Source: a virus (taxonomy: Duplodnaviria; Caudoviricetes). Taken from it: DNA of 64,000 nucleotides. Made by a program: the position numbers and the translations under genes. The DNA is taken from positions 1 to 64,000 of IMG/VR virus record IMGVR_UViG_2513237213_000006; one strand, given 5' to 3'. Every line of letters begins with the position of its first letter. Within the stretch, counting starts at the first letter, position 1. Under the pieces are notes generated by a model. It had not been told where the DNA came from. It saw nothing but the letters and a program-made list of their open reading frames with translations, and searched no databases. Below, piece after piece: positions 58,121 to 64,000 of this stretch.

Positions 58121-59014
58121 TTGCCATACAACAAATATATCTGTCCTGATGGGCAGACTTGTGATATTGATAAATGCCTGAATGAGTGTCGTATTCCTGA
58201 AATGTTTGAGGCAGACCGTTGTTTATCTCATCGGACACTTAAAGCGATTTCCGAACAGAGAACATGGAACGGTCACCCCTCGGCTACCCAGTTACTGAGC
58301 GGCACTCGGGAAGAGTACCTGAAGATAAAGAAAAACTATGCCATTGACCCGCAGTCATCCATCTTTGCTATCTTTGGTACTGGCTGTCATGCGTTCCTCG
58401 AAGGATTCCTCGAGAATGACAAGATGATAGCGGAAAAACGACTGATGGACGCGACAGGGACTTACACAGGCCAGTTCGACTGCTACGATGGAAAAAGGCA
58501 GATTCTCTACGATGTGAAAACCTACGGTAGCTTCAAAACCGCGCATTTGATGGGGTTGGTCAAACATAGGGAGCCGATTTTAGATGAAAATGGAGTGCAG
58601 AAAAAATACAAAAACGGCAGGAAGATGTTTAAAACTTTCTTTACAGTCGGCCGGAGAAGCAATTTTGATGTTGCTGTTCAGCTTAATGCTTATCGGATGA
58701 TGGTTGAGCACGCTGGCTATCCTGTCAAAGATATGCAGGTTGAGGTGTTTACTCGTGACGCTGGGACGTTCGCGGCAAAAGACCGGGGCGTTATGACCAA
58801 CATGCAGCTGGTGCGTATCAACTTTATTTCTGACCGTTGGATTCAGCGGTTTATGCTGACCAAAGCCCACCGACTGATTGAGGCCGTTGAACAGGATAAG
58901 TTGCCCCCTCCGTGCTCGTATCGGGAATGTTGGGGAGGCCGGAAGTGTCAGGATTACTGCGCGGTGTGGAAGTGGTGCGATAAGGGCAGGGAGATTCATG
59001 GCGAAACGACCTGA
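58121..59014 (+). CDS. Cas4-like PD-(D/E)XK exonuclease with Fe-S cysteines
   Basis: GQFDCYD...YDVKT; QLNAY; C-terminal C..RECW..RKC..YC....WC. Confidence 0.8.
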   Translation: MPYNKYICPDGQTCDIDKCLNECRIPEMFEADRCLSHRTLKAISEQRTWNGHPSATQLLSGTREEYLKIKKNYAIDPQSSIFAIFGTGCHAFLEGFLENDKMIAEKRLMDATGTYTGQFDCYDGKRQILYDVKTYGSFKTAHLMGLVKHREPILDENGVQKKYKNGRKMFKTFFTVGRRSNFDVAVQLNAYRMMVEHAGYPVKDMQVEVFTRDAGTFAAKDRGVMTNMQLVRINFISDRWIQRFMLTKAHRLIEAVEQDKLPPPCSYRECWGGRKCQDYCAVWKWCDKGREIHGETT

Positions 59015-59528
59015 AACCCTTGAACTGGAAAACGCGTTGATGGCAAAGACGGTCGAGTTTAGGACGTTCGGATGCCCCGAAGTAACCATTGGCTGGTACG
59101 GTAGAAAGCGCGTAGACTTCATGCAAACGAATACGAAGGGTATTATATGGTGCTATGAAATCAAAGTGACTGTAAGCGATTTTCACAGTAAGCATGGCCA
59201 TAATTTTATGGGGCACTATAACTACTACGTTATGACACCTGAACTATACGAACAGGTCAAAGGCGAAATCCCCAGTGAGGTTGGTGTACTGGTTGGCAAA
59301 TACCTTGACTGTAAGAAGAAGTCCAAGCGTAAGAAGCTGACCGCAGAACAGGCCGAAATGATGCGGTTGTATCTGACCAGATCAATGGCTCGTGAAGTCA
59401 AAAAGAACTGGAAAAGCCACAATGGGGACATCATCAACGAATATGAGCGGCGAGTCGCATACTGGAAACGCGCATACGAAATCGAGCGAGAAAGAAACGC
59501 CGACAGAATACAATACAGAAGGAGATAA
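58998..59528 (+). CDS. MmcB-like PD-(D/E)XK nuclease
   Basis: EVTIG...RVDFM...CYEIKVTVSDF. Confidence 0.75.
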   Translation: MAKRPETLELENALMAKTVEFRTFGCPEVTIGWYGRKRVDFMQTNTKGIIWCYEIKVTVSDFHSKHGHNFMGHYNYYVMTPELYEQVKGEIPSEVGVLVGKYLDCKKKSKRKKLTAEQAEMMRLYLTRSMAREVKKNWKSHNGDIINEYERRVAYWKRAYEIERERNADRIQYRRR

Positions 59529-59530
59529 CG

Positions 59531-59731
59531 ATGGAATTTCCCAAAACAGTGATTATAAACATTGACCATCCACAGGGGCTGCCCGACGTGGAGTGCAGAG
59601 GACAGATGGGCACTGCTCTCAGACCAATCGACAACGGCGATTATTGGGAGGTGCGCTTCTATGGCTTTGGTGAGCCTGACAGATATTATGAGGCGGCATT
59701 TCACAAAAACAGCTTGGAGGTGGTAGCGTGA
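59531..59731 (+). CDS. Hypothetical protein (66 aa)
   Basis: GGAG RBS, in operon. Confidence 0.65.
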   Translation: MEFPKTVIINIDHPQGLPDVECRGQMGTALRPIDNGDYWEVRFYGFGEPDRYYEAAFHKNSLEVVA

Positions 59732-60423
59732 AAAAAAGATTTGAAAATGGCAATACATACGCAAGCAAACTGTATCAGCTTTTGACAAGTTCCAGTAAGA
59801 CAATCAGGGTTTATTCTGTAAAGACGCTCCGAATGTTGCTGGGAGTTCCTGCGGGTTCTTATCAGACAGGAAGTGTGCAGTTGCTTCTGAAGTCTATTGT
59901 CTACGAGCCGGTGGAAACAATCAACCAAAAGACAGCCCTGAAGGTGTGCTATGAAAGCATCAAAGTAAAGGGCGAGGTTGTTGCAGTCAAGTTTACTGTA
60001 AAATACCCCACAGCCAAGGCCGAGCAGCCGCGACAGATGGAGTTTAGTGCAGCACCCAATTCGCATATTGTTCCCACAGTAGACGAAAAAGGGAAAATGT
60101 GTTTTGCGACCGTTTCGGAAAATCCGATTATCAACAAGACAACCACGAAGGAAGAAGTGCCAAAATTCCTTGCTATTGAAGGTAAGCCCTTGACTATTGA
60201 TGATGCAGTTTCTCATCCCAGTCACTATACAGATGGGCGCATCGAGGTTATCGAATTTATACAAGACAAGAAGCTGGACTTCTGCAGAGGCAACATTGTT
60301 AAGTATGTCAGCAGAGCCGGGAAGAAGGGGGACAAATCGAAGGAGCTGGAGGATCTGAAGAAGGCTCGTCAGTATTGCGATTTCGCTATCAATCAGTTGG
60401 AGGGCAGAATATGGAATACTTAA
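59728..60423 (+). CDS. Fusion: Rep_3-like winged helix plus DUF3310 (SaV-like)
   Basis: YASKLYQLL..S...LR.LLGV...Y...P...IN.KT.L.V.YE..K....V..V.F; then VSHPSHYT.G.IEVI.FI...FC.GN.VKYV.RAGKKG....EDLKKA..Y. Confidence 0.75.
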   Translation: MKKRFENGNTYASKLYQLLTSSSKTIRVYSVKTLRMLLGVPAGSYQTGSVQLLLKSIVYEPVETINQKTALKVCYESIKVKGEVVAVKFTVKYPTAKAEQPRQMEFSAAPNSHIVPTVDEKGKMCFATVSENPIINKTTTKEEVPKFLAIEGKPLTIDDAVSHPSHYTDGRIEVIEFIQDKKLDFCRGNIVKYVSRAGKKGDKSKELEDLKKARQYCDFAINQLEGRIWNT

Positions 60424-60635
60424 AACTGCAAACTCTTATCGAAAGCAAATTCGGTAAAAGCCAGCATGTGCGTTGTTATATGGAAGGACAGATTGGTAAG
60501 GTCGTAAAAATCAAACTCGACACAGACGAAGAAAACAAGCGCACCTTCTACTATCTGTTGGAGTTAGACAACGAAGAGCGGAGCTGGTACGCAGAGAGCG
60601 AATTGGAGGGACTTCCGGGGGACAGGGCAATATGA
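60411..60635 (+). CDS. Hypothetical protein (74 aa)
   Basis: GGAGGG RBS. Confidence 0.6.
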   Translation: MEYLKLQTLIESKFGKSQHVRCYMEGQIGKVVKIKLDTDEENKRTFYYLLELDNEERSWYAESELEGLPGDRAI

Positions 60636-60811
60636 TTCATATTTCGATTTATGATGGAAGTCTGAAAACGCCCTTTCGAGAAATCGGAACAAATATTAGT
60701 AGCACCGCAACGAAGGAAGAAATTGCTTCTGAAGTGATGGGGCTGTTAAAGTCTCACGACAAATTAAGACATGGCGAAACGGCTATGCAGAAAGCGTATC
60801 GCGATGAATAA
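60632..60811 (+). CDS. Hypothetical protein (59 aa)
   Basis: Hand-translated, overlapping both neighbours. Confidence 0.5.
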   Translation: MIHISIYDGSLKTPFREIGTNISSTATKEEIASEVMGLLKSHDKLRHGETAMQKAYRDE

Positions 60812-61037
60812 AATTACAGACTTCTACGGCACGGGACTTAACAGCGAGCATATCTCTTTTGCGAATAGATTTCATATCAGAGGCGTTCACAAAGAGGGTA
60901 TGACTGTACGCCAACTTATTCACGAGTTGCAATTACAGAACATGGACAGCAAGGTTATCTGGTATGACAAGGACGGCTGTACTCACAAGGTAATTGATGT
61001 AGTTCAAGACGGTAAAAGAGTGGTGGCGATATTTTGA
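60804..61037 (+). CDS. Hypothetical protein (77 aa)
   Basis: Contains MTVRQLIHELQ motif. Confidence 0.55.
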   Translation: MNKITDFYGTGLNSEHISFANRFHIRGVHKEGMTVRQLIHELQLQNMDSKVIWYDKDGCTHKVIDVVQDGKRVVAIF

Positions 61038-61189
61038 CGGACATACAATTCTTGGCTGTTTGGTTCGGAGCATGGGCGTTGGGCTATCCCACTCTTATGT
61101 CGCTGTTTACTTGCCAGTGGAGAGATTTTGGCTACATTCTGCTTATTGATTATTTGTATATTTTTATTTGCGGGGTGGTGCTGTTTTGA
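61034..61189 (+). CDS. Small 2-TM peptide (51 aa)
   Basis: TTGA-coupled start; MTDIQFLAVWFGAWALG... Confidence 0.55.
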   Translation: MTDIQFLAVWFGAWALGYPTLMSLFTCQWRDFGYILLIDYLYIFICGVVLF

Positions 61190-61335
61190 CGCAGGGCGAT
61201 TTGTTTTGCTGGGTAGTGACGGTCTGTGCGTGTATTGGCTTAACGGGCTTCACAGGCTGGGCGATAACCTGTTTGGCTTCCGATGTGAAAAAACGCATTG
61301 AAGAAATGATAAGCGGTAAGAAGGATAGGTGGTAA
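61186..61335 (+). CDS. Small TM peptide (49 aa)
   Basis: TTGA-coupled start; hydrophobic N-half, basic C-tail. Confidence 0.55.
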   Translation: MTQGDLFCWVVTVCACIGLTGFTGWAITCLASDVKKRIEEMISGKKDRW

Positions 61336-61340
61336 GGTCA

Positions 61341-61499
61341 GTGAATGAGTTTGTTAATTTTCTTACAACGACAGACCCAAAACTTGTTATGGATTGGGCG
61401 ATGGCTATATTCATTTCGGTGCTTTCCCTGTTCTTAGTGATTTTAGTGGGTTCGCTGGTGGCAAAAGAGTTCATTGAGATATGGGGGTTAGACGAATGA
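61341..61499 (+). CDS. Small TM peptide (52 aa)
   Basis: WAMAIFISVLSLFLVILVGSLV. Confidence 0.6.
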   Translation: MNEFVNFLTTTDPKLVMDWAMAIFISVLSLFLVILVGSLVAKEFIEIWGLDE

Positions 61500-61642
61500 C
61501 TGTAGATGAACTTATAGCAGAACTACTGGAACAAAACCCCGAAGCAGAAGTGCGTTTCCTGAACTGGGGAAGAACAGAAGGATTTGAACCTATGCCAATC
61601 GAGGGTGTAGGCAAGGACGATAAAGGAGTTGTTATCTATTGA
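61496..61642 (+). CDS. Hypothetical protein (48 aa, MTVDELIAELLEQNPEAEV...)
   Basis: ATGA overlap; common phage small-protein start. Confidence 0.65.
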   Translation: MTVDELIAELLEQNPEAEVRFLNWGRTEGFEPMPIEGVGKDDKGVVIY

Positions 61643-61815
61643 ATCACATCAAACTTAAACCCGAGGACGTATCGCGGGAACCCCCGTGTATCAGGTGTCA
61701 TAGACCAGCCTACGAGCATTGCTACTCGGATGCCGGACGGCGGGAAGTGAGTATCAGCGGCCTGTGCGAAGAGTGCTTTGACGAGATTTGCGACGCGATG
61801 GAGGCTGAAGATTGA
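61639..61815 (+). CDS. Zn-finger-like small protein (58 aa)
   Basis: CIRC...SGLCEECFD. Confidence 0.55.
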   Translation: MNHIKLKPEDVSREPPCIRCHRPAYEHCYSDAGRREVSISGLCEECFDEICDAMEAED

Positions 61816-62039
61816 TGAAAAAATATGTTATTGGGCTGATTTTTGGCCTTATCATGGGGATGGCTGGAGCGGCGTATGCGAGTAGTTACGAGGTTAATTA
61901 CTGGACTGACCCCGACACGAAGGTGCAGTATTTGGTCGTGAGAGAATATTGGGACGGAGTAGCCATTGGTATTTGCCCTCGCTATACATCTAACGGAAAC
62001 ATCATGTATGTTGGTTCTGAAATTGTAGAAGGAGATTAA
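61815..62039 (+). CDS. Secreted DUF6440-like protein
   Basis: Signal peptide; WTDPDTKVQYLV...GICPRY..NG. Confidence 0.65.
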   Translation: MKKYVIGLIFGLIMGMAGAAYASSYEVNYWTDPDTKVQYLVVREYWDGVAIGICPRYTSNGNIMYVGSEIVEGD

Positions 62040-62040
62040 G

Positions 62041-62166
62041 ATGGATTTTGGTTTATTTATTTACGGTTTGACGATTGGTGCTGGTCTGTGTACTGGCGTT
62101 ATTGTAGCAGATACGATTTTCTACTGCGGTAAAAAACTCATCGGGAAGTATATCCATATTGGCTGA
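62041..62166 (+). CDS. Small TM peptide (41 aa)
   Basis: AAGGAG RBS; hydrophobic. Confidence 0.6.
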   Translation: MDFGLFIYGLTIGAGLCTGVIVADTIFYCGKKLIGKYIHIG

Positions 62167-62794
62167 TTGCGTGGTTAAACAGTATTGTTTGACTGGCGAA
62201 AAACGTGGTGAGTGCAGAAAATGCAAGGAGTACAACAAGTTTGAACGCAAAAAGTCAAAGTCCCGACAGGCAACTGGTAGGGCAAACAAACGGAAGGGGA
62301 AGGAGTCAGAGAAAAAACTGTTACTTCACTTCCAAAGACAGGGACTCGAGAGCCGCATTATTGAGGGTTCGGGAGCGTATAAGAAAAGCAAGGGAGAAGG
62401 GTTTGATTCAGATCTGAGAGTCACCATTCTCGATAAAGAGCGCAAGGTGGAGAATAAGAAGTATGCGTCCAAGGCATCGGCTCTCCATCGGATTAGACGG
62501 CTCATCGGAGAAACGGACATCCTTTATATCACAGGCTTTTGTTATATCATGGATGAAAATATTTTTTACGATGTGGTCAAGAACAGTGAAAATTATAGCG
62601 TGGGCGAGGCTGCCAATATTAAAGCCATTCACACCGCAGAGAACACTTACAAAATTCGGGAGGTGTCTGACCGCGACTTTGGCTGGCTTCACAAGTTCTT
62701 TGAACAAGACTATGCCGACATTGTGTCGTTGGATGAGTCATACCGGGATTTCCTGTTCTGCTTACAGACTGGGTTCTTCAAAGAGATTATCTAA
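62159..62794 (+). CDS. Holliday-junction-resolvase-like PD-(D/E)XK nuclease (Hjc-like) with N-terminal Cys motif
   Basis: NKRKGKESEKKL...SGA...DSDLRV...VENKK. Confidence 0.7.
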   Translation: MADCVVKQYCLTGEKRGECRKCKEYNKFERKKSKSRQATGRANKRKGKESEKKLLLHFQRQGLESRIIEGSGAYKKSKGEGFDSDLRVTILDKERKVENKKYASKASALHRIRRLIGETDILYITGFCYIMDENIFYDVVKNSENYSVGEAANIKAIHTAENTYKIREVSDRDFGWLHKFFEQDYADIVSLDESYRDFLFCLQTGFFKEII

Positions 62795-62849
62795 CTATAC
62801 ACATATAAACAATACAAATAAAAATAAGAATTTATTTTATATAAAAGTA

Positions 62850-62878
62850 TTGACAACACATATAAAAAGGTGTACTAT
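62850..62878 (+). promoter_or_regulatory. Sigma-A promoter of the RNA cluster
   Basis: TTGACA-17-TACTAT (TATAAT overlapping) with AT-rich UP region. Confidence 0.75.
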
Positions 62879-63131
62879 AATCAAGGATTAAAAAAAAACA
62901 GTTTCTACATTGTTTATATCTTCTAATTTAATCATTGTTACTGTTGTTTTTGATTTCCTCTTTTCACAGCATAGGGTTTACTGCCCTGTGTACCGTTCCT
63001 GATGGTTTTGAGTCGCTTCTTTCCTTCGGGTTCGGTATAGAGTGCAGTAAGATTTGTCTTTCTTAGGCAGTTGTTGCACCTCCTTATAATTTCTTTTCAC
63101 ATATACGAGGCCACCAACTGGTGGTTCTCAC

Positions 63132-63206
63132 AGGGGTATAGCCAAGTGGTTAAGGCATCGGACTTTGACTCCGACATCGGTGGTTCAACTCCACCTGCCC
63201 CTGCCA
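63132..63206 (+). tRNA. tRNA-Gln (TTG)
   Basis: Cloverleaf: acceptor AGGGGTA/TGCCCCT, anticodon arm TCGGA-CTTTGAC-TCCGA, T-loop TTCAACT, CCA. Confidence 0.95.
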
Positions 63207-63210
63207 ATAT

Positions 63211-63249
63211 GCACTCCAGCGGGTTAACGCCTGTCTTGCGGGTGCTCCA
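63211..63249 (+). ncRNA. 39-nt CCA-ended tRNA minihelix with Gly-type acceptor end
   Basis: GCACTC/GGGTGC stem, T discriminator, CCA; internal CGGGT-TAAC-GCCTG hairpin. Confidence 0.5.
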
Positions 63250-63252
63250 AAT

Positions 63253-63424
63253 CACCGTATTAGTTCAAAGGTAGAACAGTGTTTTTCCGTATTATGTACT
63301 ACGGCTTTTTCGATAACGTCGTTGATACGTCCGTCAACCATAGTCATCTTGTTTTCCGCATAGCCACGGTATAAAGCAAAGAAAAAACGCAAGCACGGGG
63401 TTCGATTCCCCGATACGGTGCTCC
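63253..63424 (+). ncRNA. tRNA-like RNA with a 102-nt insert replacing the anticodon loop
   Basis: Acceptor CACCGTAT/ATACGGTG; D arm GTTC-AAAGGTA-GAAC; anticodon stem GTGTT/AACGC; variable AAGCA; T arm CGGGG-TTCGATT-CCCCG. Confidence 0.8.
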
Positions 63425-63426
63425 TT

Positions 63427-63510
63427 GGGCGAGTAGCGAAGTGGTTAAACGCAGCAGACTGTAAATCTGCTCCTTCGGGTTCGGTGGTTCAAATCCACCC
63501 TCTCCCACCA
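63427..63510 (+). tRNA. tRNA-Tyr (GTA)
   Basis: GCAGA-CTGTAAA-TCTGC anticodon arm, long variable arm, T-loop TTCAAAT, ACCA; one acceptor mismatch. Confidence 0.95.
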
Positions 63511-63514
63511 TATC

Positions 63515-63622
63515 ATCAGAGTGCGACTCCTTTCAAATCCCTTTGGATATGTCTGATGTGTCTGCGCTGCATTAGATAATTCTTTCTTCATCCCCTATGA
63601 AGTTTCTTATCAGCACTCTGGC
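63515..63622 (+). ncRNA. Structured multi-branch RNA element
   Basis: CAGAGTGC(63517)/GCACTCTG(63613) closes ATCC-CTTT-GGAT and CTTCA/TGAAG hairpins. Confidence 0.45.
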
Positions 63623-64000
63623 CAGAATGAATTACATACCGACAGTGCCGTGTTAACCAATGGTTTACTGATGTCGTAACAACTGTTGGAATGTATTCAG
63701 ATAGACTAGAGCCTGTCAACAATTTGGTGAAGAACTCTTACATACTACAATGAGTTGGCATGGTTCAAATCAAAAAAATGGAATATCTGTAGTCGCATGA
63801 ACAACCCGTCAGGGGTGCGTGGTGAATGTTGCAGATGTTCCGAAGTCTAGCTAGACAAAACTACCTAACTTATTTACGGCTATCTCCAACCGGCAGACCT
63901 CTTTGGATGAGTTGAGGCGAGGCAAATCGAGAGTCCTGAACATGACATAACTGTTCCGACAAGGGCCAGTCGTTAAAAACCAGCGGGGAGACCAACCAAT
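63623..64000 (+). ncRNA. Large structured RNA, 5' part (ROOL/GOLLD-class candidate), runs off the window
   Basis: No ORF; stems CCGACAGT/ACTGTTGG, 12-bp GAATATCTGTAG/TTGCAGATGTTC, AACTC/GAGTT, GAACA/TGTTC; follows phage tRNAs. Confidence 0.6.

Noticed and set aside
58121-59014. Cas4-like gene as evidence of a CRISPR-Cas system
   Set aside because: No cas1/cas2 or array; it sits in a replication-recombination operon with an annealase, the usual context for stand-alone phage Cas4-like nucleases
63253-63424. Calling this element a canonical tmRNA (ssrA) or a group I intron-containing tRNA
   Set aside because: Lacks G3-U70 and the stemless D-loop, is about half tmRNA size, and the insert shows no group I core; reported as a novel tRNA-like RNA instead

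Overview
64 kb of a temperate siphovirus genome that looks like a phage-plasmid. Lambda-like tail-tip genes combined with Firmicutes-type promoters, RBSs and amidase suggest a diderm Firmicute (Negativicutes) host (inference). Layout: (1) 1-7.55 kb, minus strand: early/establishment-type genes (tyrosine recombinase, DUF2786, JAB/RadC, J-domain protein, protein with a histone-like tail); five of them share a conserved upstream element. (2) 7.55-10.1 kb: non-coding, with tandem sigma-A promoters, a hairpin-rich ~780-nt leader/ncRNA and an AT-rich repeat region (origin candidate). (3) 11.5-45.3 kb: terminase, portal, capsid, tail (-1 frameshift chaperone, 2490-aa tape measure, gpK/L/J-like tip, large tail fibre) and lysis genes. 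(4) 45.9-53.7 kb: DNA methyltransferase, type I toxin-antitoxin, DnaE, ParM/ParR-like partition genes with repeat arrays, and a rep gene with an antisense countertranscript. (5) 54-62.8 kb: Rad52-like annealase, primase-helicase, Cas4-like, MmcB-like and Hjc-like nucleases, small membrane peptides. (6) 62.85-64 kb: RNA cluster with tRNA-Gln, a CCA-ended minihelix, a tRNA body whose anticodon loop is replaced by a 102-nt insert with tmRNA-like features, tRNA-Tyr and the start of a large structured RNA. All family assignments come from motif recognition by eye; no searches or folding programs were run. No CRISPR array, reverse transcriptase or att site was seen.
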